Counted from the stretch's first letter, positions 19,609 through 29,049 are shown. The stretch: DNA of 64,000 nt from an uncultured Gammaproteobacteria bacterium (GCA_964459725.1 CAYWNT010000003.1:47592-111591), one strand, 5' to 3'. Translations and numbers: made by a program. The notes: generated by a model from the letters alone, not told the origin.

Positions 19609-20043
19609 ATGAGAATTTTGCTTTTTGCAGTTTTGGCATTGTTTCTAGCCGCTATAAGCGGTTGTTCCACTGCCACCTCTGGTAATCAGGCCGGTCAATC
19701 GATCAGCTCGTCTCCAGGAATTGCTTCAGGCAAATACTCTCCTGTCTATAAATTGGACGGGTATGAGTATAGAATGAAGCTGAAGTTGAGGTTCCAGTCA
19801 AAACGGGATCCGACGAAGGAAAATGGTGACATCGCGATCAAGATATACAACCGCGGGAAAGACAAAAGCGGCGCGTATATCCTTGAACGGCAAGTTGTTC
19901 TGTATAACGGAGCAACGAAAAATGATGTTACTGGCAGTATGCTGACCGCGGCTGAAAATCTTTGGCCGAATAACGGTAGGCAGCTGTTAAAGACCAATCC
20001 TCGCTGGCACTATGCCAAAAAGGATGGAGAGATACGATTTTAA
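19609..20043 (+). CDS. lipoprotein of unknown function (paralog of the next gene)
   Basis: 144 aa; signal peptide with lipobox LAAISGC; RBS GGAGGA; domain GKYSPVYKLDGYEYRMKLKLRF...GDIAIKIYNRG...ILERQVVLYNG shared with the next gene. ~47-53% GC by hand counts, against ~37-40% for the backbone. Confidence 0.7.
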   Translation: MRILLFAVLALFLAAISGCSTATSGNQAGQSISSSPGIASGKYSPVYKLDGYEYRMKLKLRFQSKRDPTKENGDIAIKIYNRGKDKSGAYILERQVVLYNGATKNDVTGSMLTAAENLWPNNGRQLLKTNPRWHYAKKDGEIRF

Positions 20044-20103
20044 ATGACAAAGTGGACCACAATCTTATACTACAAAACACCCCCCCCACATAAGGAGAAA
20101 GCT

Positions 20104-21372
20104 ATGAAAGTAAGAATTTCTTTACTAATCGCAGTAATGTTTATTTTCGCCGCTGCCAGTACAGCTATGGCTGCTAAGGTCTGTAACATTGAACAGCAAG
20201 CAATCGAAGCCGCCAAAGCCCAGGCTATCGCTGCCGAACCTGCAGCAGGAGCTGTTGTGCAAAAAGCGACTGGAAAGTATTCACCAGTCTATGAAATGGA
20301 CGGAGTGAAGTATAAAATCAAGAACAAAGTCCGGTTTGTCCGCCTCAGCGGCAAGACAAAAGGAGATGTTGCAGTAAAACTGTATCGACGTGGTTTTAAG
20401 AACGGTGTTCATATCTTTGAACGACAAATTGTCTTATACAGGGGAACAAGCAAATCAGAAGTTACTCCTGAAATTCTCGAAATGGCTGAAACGATGCTTC
20501 CGCCCAGTGGCGAAGATGTAGCTGACACAACTAACGCAAATGTTGGTTATTGCCAAGTTCTTAAAGCCGGAGAATATGACTGGTGTTTTACTGAGTATTT
20601 AGCCGACCAAGGTTTTGGACCTCCTCAACTTGCCCTTACCACACCCGCGCCTCTTCAGAAAGGCCCTGAAAAGCAAGTTATGACTTCGGAATCTAATATG
20701 CCAAGTGCACCCCGGGCAGTAGCAGAAAAAGCACCTGCCCAGGTCGCTGAAACTGCAAAGCCTGCCGCTGGAGGAGATGCAACTGATCAGATGACCAAAA
20801 CTCTCATTCAGAATAACCAAAGGCAGCTTAAAGTTACCGCCGAAAATCTGAATGTCCTTCGCAAAGATGTAGCAAAGGTCAAAGAGGAGAAAAAAGGACC
20901 AGTTACATGCAACATTCCTGATGCAGACAAAATTTTCTTTGCCAAAGAAATCCTGAGCCTCGGATATAAAGATGTTAAGGAGTTTCAGGAAGTATGGAAA
21001 ATTAATGCGGATGGAATTGTTGGCAACGAAACCTCGAAAAAGGTAGTTGAAGTACTGGCATTAAACACCAAGTACAGCAACATCATCCAGGACCAACTGG
21101 GTGACACTTTAGCTGCTTTCCAAGAATACCATTCCCTGACCCAACGCGGCTCGGTGGATAAAGAGACAATCGACAAAGTCGATTATGTACTCAAGGAAAA
21201 AGCAGCAAAGGAAAAAGCTGACGCAGCCAGACTGGAAAGGCAAACTATCGAAAAATACCTCGAAAGGTCTTTCCCGAAGCCTCACCCTAAGGTGACGCAG
21301 AAGTCCTGCCTCGTGTGTCACGTCAATATTCCAAAGACCGCTGACTGCAATAAGTCAGCGACCCAAAATTAA
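20104..21372 (+). CDS. secreted/lipoprotein-like protein with N-terminal paralogous domain, Ala/Pro-rich linker and C-terminal CxxCH motif (start moved to MKV with AAGGAG RBS)
   Basis: GKYSPVYEMDGVKYKIKNKVRF...GDVAVKLYRRG...IFERQIVLYRG parallels the upstream gene. The C-terminus has SCLVCHV (CxxCH, heme-c-binding-type motif). The ORF track's earlier start at 20044 lacks an RBS. Confidence 0.65.
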   Translation: MKVRISLLIAVMFIFAAASTAMAAKVCNIEQQAIEAAKAQAIAAEPAAGAVVQKATGKYSPVYEMDGVKYKIKNKVRFVRLSGKTKGDVAVKLYRRGFKNGVHIFERQIVLYRGTSKSEVTPEILEMAETMLPPSGEDVADTTNANVGYCQVLKAGEYDWCFTEYLADQGFGPPQLALTTPAPLQKGPEKQVMTSESNMPSAPRAVAEKAPAQVAETAKPAAGGDATDQMTKTLIQNNQRQLKVTAENLNVLRKDVAKVKEEKKGPVTCNIPDADKIFFAKEILSLGYKDVKEFQEVWKINADGIVGNETSKKVVEVLALNTKYSNIIQDQLGDTLAAFQEYHSLTQRGSVDKETIDKVDYVLKEKAAKEKADAARLERQTIEKYLERSFPKPHPKVTQKSCLVCHVNIPKTADCNKSATQN

Positions 21373-21396
21373 TAATAATCACCAACCCTCCCCCCA

Positions 21397-21440
21397 CCCC
21401 GGGAAAGTTCGAAAACGAACTTTTCCGGGGTATTTTTTTT
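21397..21440 (+). terminator. strong rho-independent terminator
   Basis: 15-bp stem ccccgggaaagttcg/cgaacttttccgggg (one mismatch), loop aaaa, then tatttttttt. Confidence 0.7.
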
Positions 21441-21462
21441 CTAAAAATCATCAATAAAAAAA

Positions 21463-21496
21463 GTCTATAATTTCCGCGGTCGTGGAAATTATAGAC
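21463..21496. repeat. palindromic element (gtctataatttcc-gcggtcgt-ggaaattatagac). Its first 23 nt recur inverted at 22175-22197. Also acts as the terminator of the 21564-22091 gene.
   Basis: 13-bp perfect arms; the plus-strand A-run 21455-21462 gives a U-tract on the minus strand; exact 23/23 inverted copy at 22175-22197. Confidence 0.5.
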
Positions 21497-21563
21497 ACTT
21501 CATCTTATATTAAAAAATATAAATTTTACTCTACTGCCACATCAACAACTTCATCCATGCATA

Positions 21564-22091
21564 TTATAATTTAAATTTTTGCTTAAGCAATAAATCATTA
21601 CTAATATTATCAGCAAATATCAATATTACGTATTTCTCTATCTTGTAATGCCTGGCCAACTCTTGAATATCGTCAAATTCTCCTAGCGGATTAACCCAAA
21701 TGCTATTTTGAAGCTTTTGGAAACCGGCACATTTAAGAGAATCTCGAAAACAATCTCTTTTGTTGCGCAATTTTTCAGGAATATCAAATATCACAATCCT
21801 CCATTTTTTATCCCATTTTTCTTCAAGTCTTTTCTTGTTAAATCGTGCTTTTAATACTCTTCCCAGGCCTTTTGCTGAAAATCCCCTCCTGTCAAAATAT
21901 CCAAATTTTTCCATGTGATAAATTTGCTTATATATCCTCCTTCTTTCCTCGTTGTCCTCAATATCCCTCCTAACCGATTCGTAATACTCCCAATACCAAA
22001 ACTTCTTCATACTAAAAGACGATTGAATAAATTGATCCAGACCATTAGACAAATCTATTAAAATCTCCTTGAAATGCTTATTGTTCTCCAT
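21564..22091 (-). CDS. PaaX-family-like / Cas2-fold small protein (putative regulator); no CRISPR array nearby
   Basis: 175 aa; WRIVIFDIPEKLRNKRDCFRDSLKCAGFQKLQNSIWV...YVILIF resembles the Cas2/PaaX-C beta-alpha-beta core. Recollection-based. Confidence 0.4.
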   Translation of the reverse strand: MENNKHFKEILIDLSNGLDQFIQSSFSMKKFWYWEYYESVRRDIEDNEERRRIYKQIYHMEKFGYFDRRGFSAKGLGRVLKARFNKKRLEEKWDKKWRIVIFDIPEKLRNKRDCFRDSLKCAGFQKLQNSIWVNPLGEFDDIQELARHYKIEKYVILIFADNISNDLLLKQKFKL

Positions 22092-22174
22092 GCTGCTTTA
22101 TAAATATATTTTAATTTCCCCACAACAAATTACAAAGCAAGAATGCCACACCAAAAATAAAGTGTCAACTTTTT

Positions 22175-22197
22175 CCACGACCGCGGAAATTATAGAC
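22175..22197. repeat. inverted 23-nt copy of the 21463 element
   Basis: ccacgaccgcggaaattatagac is the exact reverse complement of 21463-21485. Confidence 0.5.
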
Positions 22198-22223
22198 TTT
22201 TGGCTTTCGACTCGCGAAGCGCC

Positions 22224-23693
22224 CTAGCGCGTAGCTCCACTATAGGTAATCGCCTGCATCACATTCCACTCCTCTGTTGTAGATGGATATCTCCCAAAGA
22301 TGCTCTTGAATATGCTTATTCCCTTTCTCTCACTGTCCAGATTCCTATTTTCTGCTCTCTGCCTAAGTCCATAAGCCATTACTGTTATGGCGGCATTGTC
22401 ATGACTATTGCTCATATTTGGGCTTCTTTTGTATATCTTTTGAAAGTTACTGTTAGCCCTAGCTTCAGACTCTCTACTTCGCTCCTTTGGCCATCTGCCG
22501 TTTACAATCTTTATTAGGTCCTGCCATTCCATTTCCCATTTTGGCCTGTCGCCAAAGGCTTGCTCATATGAATACACCACAGCCGCTCTCTCGCCCTGTC
22601 CGAGTCTGATTGAATTTGCGTCCACCCCGTTATTGATAAAATTATCTACCGCTTCTCTGTATTTATTCTGCCTGATAGTCATTCTGTCTCTAGCTTTTTC
22701 CGGATAGAGAAGAAAATCATTAACCAAGCTGCCAAAAACTGTTAAACTGGACCAATTATCCTCCTCAAACATCCTGGGTTTCCAGGCATCATGCCAACAC
22801 CAGGCAGTGAAGTGCAGACCATTCTCCTCAATATACTCAGAGATAGGTAAGCCAAAATTAGCTCTATTGGTTTCTGATTTGTAATCCCCTGTTTCTTCAA
22901 AGCCCCACTCTGTAACAACCACCGGGTATTTCTCATGAAGACCGTCTAAGGCTGTATTCCAGTCTAGGTAGTTATCATCTTGCACCTTATAGGCATGCCA
23001 CACATATCCAACATTGTATCCATTTATCGGATTGTCTTTTATTCCTCTCAAGTCATAGCTCCAGTAAACTCCTGGAATCAAAACTAGATTTTCTGCGCCA
23101 TTCCCCCTGACGAGTCCATAGAGACTCTGCATAGACGGGCGGATGCTACTCCAGTAAATTTCACCTGAGCCAATGGCTGGCTCATTCCATAGCTCGAAAA
23201 TAACTCCCCTATCATCCTTAAATTTCTTGGCAGCATAGCGCCAAAAGTCTCTAGCTACTTCAAAGTCTGACTCATAAGAGTAGTATGACAGCTTGCCTCC
23301 ATTTGTCTTGTGCCATCCATTAGGAAATCCAATTGCGTGCCAATCAATGATTACAAATAATCCCCGGTTTCGTGCTGACTGAATTTCACTCTCAAAGAGA
23401 GACAATCCTCTCGATTTGTCATTCATATACACCCCTGGATGCATTGAAATCCTGACAGTATTTGCATCCCACCCGTTTTTTATCTCACTATAGTCATTAT
23501 TATTATTGCGTTTATCAAGAACTGCTCGATGATGAAAGGATCCCATAGCTACTCCGCGCAGAGTAATCTGGCTCCCATTTAGAAGTATTTTATTCCCTGA
23601 CACAGTAAGCTCATCTCCGTTTGCAACCGAAAAAACAGCATACGGGATGCCTAAAATAAAAAATATTAAAATAATAAAATATTTCATTTTCAT
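22224..23693 (-). CDS. secreted glycoside hydrolase family 5 (cellulase/endoglucanase-like) with uncharacterised C-terminal domain
   Basis: 489 aa; signal peptide; GH5 motifs IFELWNEPA (acid/base Glu in NEP) and VVTEWGFE (nucleophile Glu); ~170-aa C-terminal domain ending QAITYSGATR. Confidence 0.85.
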   Translation of the reverse strand: MKMKYFIILIFFILGIPYAVFSVANGDELTVSGNKILLNGSQITLRGVAMGSFHHRAVLDKRNNNNDYSEIKNGWDANTVRISMHPGVYMNDKSRGLSLFESEIQSARNRGLFVIIDWHAIGFPNGWHKTNGGKLSYYSYESDFEVARDFWRYAAKKFKDDRGVIFELWNEPAIGSGEIYWSSIRPSMQSLYGLVRGNGAENLVLIPGVYWSYDLRGIKDNPINGYNVGYVWHAYKVQDDNYLDWNTALDGLHEKYPVVVTEWGFEETGDYKSETNRANFGLPISEYIEENGLHFTAWCWHDAWKPRMFEEDNWSSLTVFGSLVNDFLLYPEKARDRMTIRQNKYREAVDNFINNGVDANSIRLGQGERAAVVYSYEQAFGDRPKWEMEWQDLIKIVNGRWPKERSRESEARANSNFQKIYKRSPNMSNSHDNAAITVMAYGLRQRAENRNLDSERKGISIFKSIFGRYPSTTEEWNVMQAITYSGATR

Positions 23694-23731
23694 AGTTTAA
23701 AACTTTATACTTTCGACTCGCGCGAAACGCT

Positions 23732-25252
23732 CTAGCGCGTCGCTCCACTATACGTAATTGCCTGCAAAATATTCCACTCCTCTGTTGTGTCAGGATTATG
23801 ATTATAAATATTTCCAAAAATAGTCAGTCCCCACCTCTCACTTTCTAAATTCCTATTATACCACTTTTGTCTCAGACCATAAGCCATGACGACAACTGCT
23901 GCTTCATCATGGGTATTGCTCATATTTGCTTCTCGTTTATACACATTTCTGAAGTTCGCCTTAGCTCGCGCCTCAGCGCTCGCATTTCTCTTTTGCGGCC
24001 ATCTGCCGTTCGCAATTCTTACTACATCATCCATGTCATACCCATCATAAGGCAAACGTCCGTAGGCTTGTCGATAAGAAAAAATAACAGCCAGCCTTTC
24101 TCCTCTACCCAGCCTTCTGGAATTCTCGTCCACCCCATACTTTACAAAATCTATTATAGCATTTCTGGCATAAGCTGACAATGAGCTCATCTCGCCCTCT
24201 ATTATGTCCAACTCAGAAACTCCCCCATTGTCATGCAAAAAATCTTTTACAAATTGCCCGAAATCAGTAACATCATCCCACCTGGCGTTAAACATATTTG
24301 GCTGCCAGTCGCTATGCCAGCACCAGGCAGTAAAATTCAAATCCTTTTCTATTATATAATTTTTAAAATGTCGAGGCCAGTCATCTACCCTAGAGTAGAA
24401 ATGGCTACTGGCATAAGGATCTGTATCAAATCCCCACTCTGTAACTATAATTGGATGACTATTGTGAAGCCCGTCTAGGGCATTATCCCATCTGAGGCTC
24501 TTCCCGCTACCTGGGTAATTATGCCATGCATAGCTAATATTAGAGCCATTTAGAGGATTACTCCTAATGCCTCTCAGGTCATACGACCAGAAAACTCCAG
24601 GTGCGACTATAATATTGTCTGCTCCCTGACTCCTAATTACACCGTATAGTCTATCCATATAGGGTCTGAGGTCGCTCCAATCGATTGTTCTACTTTTATC
24701 TGCTGGCTCATTCCATATTTCAAAAAGCACTCCTCTGTCTCCCCTATATTTTCTGGCAATGTATTTCCAGAAGGTTTCGGCGTTTCTTAGGTTGGTGCCG
24801 AAATAATCATCTCCAAACCTATTTCTGTTCCAGGGCTTATGCCATCCGTCTGGAAATCCTATTGCGTGCCAATCTATGATCACAAAGAGCCCTTGATTCC
24901 TGGCTGCTTCCACCTCGCTCTCAAGATACGCTTTCATATCTCGCTCTTCTTGCTTAAATATTCCGGGGTGAACTGAGAGTCTAACCGTATTTGCTCGCCA
25001 TTCGTTTTTTATCTCAGCAAAATCTCCAACTCCTCTTCCTTCGTATTCCTCTCTATAATAAGGGCTCCCCACGGCCACGCCTCGAAGCAACTTCTTCTCG
25101 CCGTTATATTCAATATTTTTTCCCTTCACCTCCAGCTTGTTAGTATTTGTATACAAAAAATCAAAGAACCACGCGTGTGCGCTTTTCTTCGGTAAAACAA
25201 TTCCTCCCAATATTAAAATAATACTAAAAACAAATACAACTAATCTTCTCAT
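23732..25252 (-). CDS. secreted glycoside hydrolase family 5 paralog with the same C-terminal domain
   Basis: 506 aa; signal peptide; LFEIWNEPA and IIVTEWGFD; C-terminal domain ending QAITYSGATR, identical tail to the downstream paralog. Confidence 0.85.
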   Translation of the reverse strand: MRRLVVFVFSIILILGGIVLPKKSAHAWFFDFLYTNTNKLEVKGKNIEYNGEKKLLRGVAVGSPYYREEYEGRGVGDFAEIKNEWRANTVRLSVHPGIFKQEERDMKAYLESEVEAARNQGLFVIIDWHAIGFPDGWHKPWNRNRFGDDYFGTNLRNAETFWKYIARKYRGDRGVLFEIWNEPADKSRTIDWSDLRPYMDRLYGVIRSQGADNIIVAPGVFWSYDLRGIRSNPLNGSNISYAWHNYPGSGKSLRWDNALDGLHNSHPIIVTEWGFDTDPYASSHFYSRVDDWPRHFKNYIIEKDLNFTAWCWHSDWQPNMFNARWDDVTDFGQFVKDFLHDNGGVSELDIIEGEMSSLSAYARNAIIDFVKYGVDENSRRLGRGERLAVIFSYRQAYGRLPYDGYDMDDVVRIANGRWPQKRNASAEARAKANFRNVYKREANMSNTHDEAAVVVMAYGLRQKWYNRNLESERWGLTIFGNIYNHNPDTTEEWNILQAITYSGATR

Positions 25253-25278
25253 TGATTTATTAAATGACGTATTGTGTT

Positions 25279-25494
25279 TTAAACAATAGTATTTCCAATA
25301 ACTATAGCGGCTCCAATAATTACAGAAGCTATCACTATAGCTGCGGCAATGTTTCCATTTTTAATTTCTTCCCACTCTTTAATTGGAGTTAGCCAATTAA
25401 AGATCTTCAACATGAAAGCTAGTGAAATTGCCATGGATATGGCGCCTACAATCGCCCATCCAAATGTAAATAAATACTCTCTAAAAATAATCAT
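25279..25494 (-). CDS. small two-TM membrane protein (DUF350-like)
   Basis: 71 aa, two hydrophobic helices. Confidence 0.4.
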   Translation of the reverse strand: MIIFREYLFTFGWAIVGAISMAISLAFMLKIFNWLTPIKEWEEIKNGNIAAAIVIASVIIGAAIVIGNTIV

Positions 25495-25511
25495 AATTTT
25501 TTTCTGGAATC

Positions 25512-26528
25512 TTAGTTTGATTCCTTATTTAATTTTAAAATTTTTCTAACTTTTCCATTTTCACCCTCCCATCTTTTGTTGTCTTTTTCAATAAATTCAT
25601 CTATGTTTTTTTTGATTTTATCTTCTTCTTCAACTGCCTCTTTAATTCTCTTTGCCAGTTTTTCCGAATCTGACTTTACAAATAATCCCACCTCTCCAAA
25701 ATAATGCCTCAGAACTTCAGTATCTGAAGTGATAAATGGCTTCCTTAGTGCCATAATCTCTCTTATTGACCAAAGCACTGTATCTTCCCTTGAGGTAAAA
25801 GCTAGCACTACTCGAGAGCGCCACATCAGCCTCATGAAATCATCATGATTTAGATACCCGGTAAGCACCACATTTGAAGGAGTAGTCTCTTTGATATTTT
25901 TGTCCTTTGGCACCGATCCAGTTACAAAAAAGGTGGCCTCTTTCATTAGCTCGGCCGCCCTAAACACAGTTTGCCAATCATCATCATTTGCAAATCTATT
26001 TACCATAAAAATAGGCAACTCCGACTTCTCAGCCTTCTCAGCCAAATCCTGGTTCTTCATCTCTCCTTGCAGTAAACCGAGGTCATACTTTGGATTATAG
26101 TTCTGAAGGACAAAGGCAGGCTCAATCCCCCACTTTTCCAAAATTTCCAAATTTTTATAATTATGGGCAGTGTTTAAATCAGCTCTCTTCGCCACAAACC
26201 GAAAAAGAGGGAAAAAGAAACGCCACTTCTTATCCAGGAAAGCTGCTGTATGCGAATCAATCGCTAACCTAGAACGAAATATCAAGCAGTACAACCAACT
26301 AACAATTGGCGCAAAAACAGGAGGATTTTGCACGCATACTACTTCTGGCCTCTTTTTAATGAGCAACACAAAAGTCATAATGCTTTGCACAATATACCTT
26401 ATTATTGTGGGCAAAGGAATAAACCAAATTTTCTTTATATAAATCTGATTAAACTCTGCACCAATCCCCTTTGATAAATATTTACTTTTTTCAGATTCCC
26501 GTCCCCAGGAAATAAAAATTGCCCTCAT
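25512..26528 (-). CDS. glycosyltransferase, family-1-like (start moved to MRAIFISWG)
   Basis: An N-terminus of MRAIFIS type is typical of GT4 enzymes; C-terminal FTSREDTVLWSIREIMALRKPFITSD resembles the GT1 nucleotide-sugar-binding region. The annotated longer start would overlap the divergent gene by 8 nt. Confidence 0.5.
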   Translation of the reverse strand: MRAIFISWGRESEKSKYLSKGIGAEFNQIYIKKIWFIPLPTIIRYIVQSIMTFVLLIKKRPEVVCVQNPPVFAPIVSWLYCLIFRSRLAIDSHTAAFLDKKWRFFFPLFRFVAKRADLNTAHNYKNLEILEKWGIEPAFVLQNYNPKYDLGLLQGEMKNQDLAEKAEKSELPIFMVNRFANDDDWQTVFRAAELMKEATFFVTGSVPKDKNIKETTPSNVVLTGYLNHDDFMRLMWRSRVVLAFTSREDTVLWSIREIMALRKPFITSDTEVLRHYFGEVGLFVKSDSEKLAKRIKEAVEEEDKIKKNIDEFIEKDNKRWEGENGKVRKILKLNKESN

Positions 26529-26577
26529 GTTTGCAAAAATAATTGAAAAATTAGATAATATAATGTAATATAAATTT

Positions 26578-27984
26578 ATGAACAAAATGACCAGAACAAT
26601 CTATATCGCAGCCATGACCTTCCTCTTTTTTATGCTTTTGGCCCAATTATACACTGTAGATTGGGGCGCCAAAGGCTTCTTACCGATTGCTACTCTCCTG
26701 ATCCTGTCTTTATTACTCCTAGCACTTCTGAATTTTAGATACTTAGTGCTGTTTTTGATTTTATCAGCACCTACTATTTTTATGTTTAACTACATAAAAA
26801 TCAACATTTCAAGCACTATTCCCTTTGTTGAGCTGCCACAAATTCTAATGAATCCGATATCAGTGCTATATTTATTAATCATCTTCATTTCAATCATCAC
26901 CATAATTGAAAAAAAAGACGAATTAAAGCGTATTCCTTTACGTATTATTATACCATTGTCATCTTTTTATGTCATTCTTTCTGTTCTCTGGTCTATTGAT
27001 AAACAACTTAGCTTTATTGAGGCCATTTACTACATAGTTCCTTTCTGTTTTTTTGCTCTGTCTTTCTTGCTATTTAATAGTAGAAAACATTTTCTGTCTT
27101 TGGTGTATGTAGTCTTAGGATCTTCCATTATTCCTGTAATCATCTCTTTGCGTCAGATAATATCCGGAGATTACTTTTATGAGCCAAGCTCAACACTGGG
27201 AAGAATCACTGGCACCTTCACTCACCCAAACTCATATGGCTTGTTTTTATTTTTAATTCTTGCGGTTGGGTTTATATTTTTAGTTTCAAAAAGAAAAAAT
27301 AATTTATCAAAGAATAAAACACTCGCTCTCTCCCTGCTTTTACTGTTTGTACTTTTTGTAATGACATATTCCAGAGTTTCCTGGGCAGCCTTAGTTTTAT
27401 TTGTCGGTATCATGCTTCTTGCCAAGAAAAAAATATTTATCCCGCTCGCTTTGTCATCTCCAATTATCATAGGAGTGCTCATGCTTTTTGAAAATATCAG
27501 AATGCGTATAATGGACGTCTTTATTTCTTCCAATCTAAGCTCGTGGACAGCCAGAACTAACATCTGGAAAATCTCTCTAAAGGAATTTCTAGACAAACCA
27601 ATATTTGGCCATGGAATCGGAACATCATCTGAAGTGATTGAAAAAGCCAAAACATGGATTGGCGGAACTTCCCTCCCTCATAACGATTTCGTGTTATTCG
27701 GACTTGAACTCGGAATAATAGGCATCCTTTTTTACACCATCATTTCTCTCCTTGCCATATTTTTGTCTTTCAAGTACTACACAAGCTTCAAAAAAACAAA
27801 AGAAGAAAATTTAAATATAGATATTAGTATTTTTGGCTATGGATTATTTGTTATCCTAATATCAATCCTCTTCTCTGGCCTCTTTGAGTCTACATCTCAA
27901 AAAATCATCATCCAGATCATTATCTGGAGTCTTGTGGGCGGATTCTTCGGAATCGCGAATAAAGAAAAGAGCCACACTAACTAG
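26578..27984 (+). CDS. O-antigen ligase / Wzy-like polymerase family membrane protein
   Basis: 468 aa, ~10 TM helices; periplasmic loop with SRVSWAAL and HNDFVLFGLELGIIG, the O-antigen-ligase (Wzy_C) signature. Confidence 0.7.
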   Translation: MNKMTRTIYIAAMTFLFFMLLAQLYTVDWGAKGFLPIATLLILSLLLLALLNFRYLVLFLILSAPTIFMFNYIKINISSTIPFVELPQILMNPISVLYLLIIFISIITIIEKKDELKRIPLRIIIPLSSFYVILSVLWSIDKQLSFIEAIYYIVPFCFFALSFLLFNSRKHFLSLVYVVLGSSIIPVIISLRQIISGDYFYEPSSTLGRITGTFTHPNSYGLFLFLILAVGFIFLVSKRKNNLSKNKTLALSLLLLFVLFVMTYSRVSWAALVLFVGIMLLAKKKIFIPLALSSPIIIGVLMLFENIRMRIMDVFISSNLSSWTARTNIWKISLKEFLDKPIFGHGIGTSSEVIEKAKTWIGGTSLPHNDFVLFGLELGIIGILFYTIISLLAIFLSFKYYTSFKKTKEENLNIDISIFGYGLFVILISILFSGLFESTSQKIIIQIIIWSLVGGFFGIANKEKSHTN

Positions 27985-28032
27985 CATGGCTCTTGTGTTT
28001 AAACCGCTGTTTTTGGCGGTTTTTTTGTTTTG

Positions 28033-29049
28033 CTACCACCCGTAGAATACATATCGACGAACTGGGCCTGGATAATTACCAGAATAACTCTGTCCCGATA
28101 CCCAAACACTGCCATCGGCTGGAGTGATTGAGTACAACTCATCTCCGCAAGGACCGAAGTCATGGAATCCTTCTCCGTCAAACATTCCAAGTTTGTCACA
28201 GGGATTCCAATCTTCACCAGATTTTCCAAGAGCGAACCAAATTCGATCTTCTGAATCAATAGCTATAGCATCAATGTATTCATAGTCACTTGGGGCAGGA
28301 AATAAAGTCTCGCCACCATTTTGATATCGTACCAACCCGACCGTATTAATCTCTGAATACCAAATATCACCACTAGAATCAACATCAAAATCTCTATTGC
28401 CATCAACTACAAATTCCAATTCGTTATTAACCAGTCTCAAAATCATATACCCGGTCTCTCTCAACTTTCCAATCCAAAATACATTATTTCGAGATTTTAT
28501 GCTTGTGATGTACCCATCATAACGATCATCGATAATAATTTCACTAAAACCATTATCAAAAATCAAGTCTGAGTTATAATTATTTACCGTGTACAACAGA
28601 TTGTCATCCTCATCAAAATCACCAACCAAGACACCCTGATCATTGGAATCAATGATGCTAACTACTTCTTCCCAGCCATACCCATCAAAAAGAAAACCAT
28701 CACTGGTAAGTATTTGATTGCTACTATCAACCGCAATCGGTCTAGTTGGATGACTTCGCCAATAGGTTTGAGACATAGTGTCATAAGAAAAATAGGTCTC
28801 CCATATAGCTCCGTCATATCTAATGAGCCCAGCCCAATGATCTTGTCGATCCGTGGCCTTGGTAAACCAAACGTTTCCACCATGATCTATCACTACATTT
28901 CCAATATCTCCGTAGTGATCATAGAGTGGAGAATTTATCTCATCATATGTCACAATTCTATCCAGATCTACATCCTCATCAACATCAAAACATCCGAAAC
29001 ACACAAAACTCGCCATACATAAAAGAATAATACAAATCCGATTTTTCAT
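28033..29049 (-). CDS. secreted hypothetical protein, probably a beta-propeller-like repeat fold
   Basis: 338 aa; signal peptide (ICIILLCMASFVCFGC); repeated W/Y-rich beta-strand motifs. Confidence 0.5.
   Translation of the reverse strand: MKNRICIILLCMASFVCFGCFDVDEDVDLDRIVTYDEINSPLYDHYGDIGNVVIDHGGNVWFTKATDRQDHWAGLIRYDGAIWETYFSYDTMSQTYWRSHPTRPIAVDSSNQILTSDGFLFDGYGWEEVVSIIDSNDQGVLVGDFDEDDNLLYTVNNYNSDLIFDNGFSEIIIDDRYDGYITSIKSRNNVFWIGKLRETGYMILRLVNNELEFVVDGNRDFDVDSSGDIWYSEINTVGLVRYQNGGETLFPAPSDYEYIDAIAIDSEDRIWFALGKSGEDWNPCDKLGMFDGEGFHDFGPCGDELYSITPADGSVWVSGQSYSGNYPGPVRRYVFYGW

Noticed and set aside
21286-21372. CxxCH as proof of a c-type cytochrome in the 20104-21372 lipoprotein
   Set aside because: A single CxxCH at the extreme C-terminus of a non-cytochrome-like protein can occur by chance. 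No cytochrome-c maturation genes are seen in the window. Kept only as a note.
21564-22091. Cas2-like protein as evidence of a CRISPR-Cas locus
   Set aside because: No repeat-spacer array and no cas1 or other cas genes anywhere in the window. The fold similarity is shared with PaaX-C/VapD-like proteins.
23611-23817. 68-aa ORF bridging the two GH5 genes; other small antisense ORFs inside the GH5 genes (23867-24178, 24233-24478, 24685-24879)
   Set aside because: Overlap the C-terminal and N-terminal coding ends or lie antisense within strongly supported GH5 genes.
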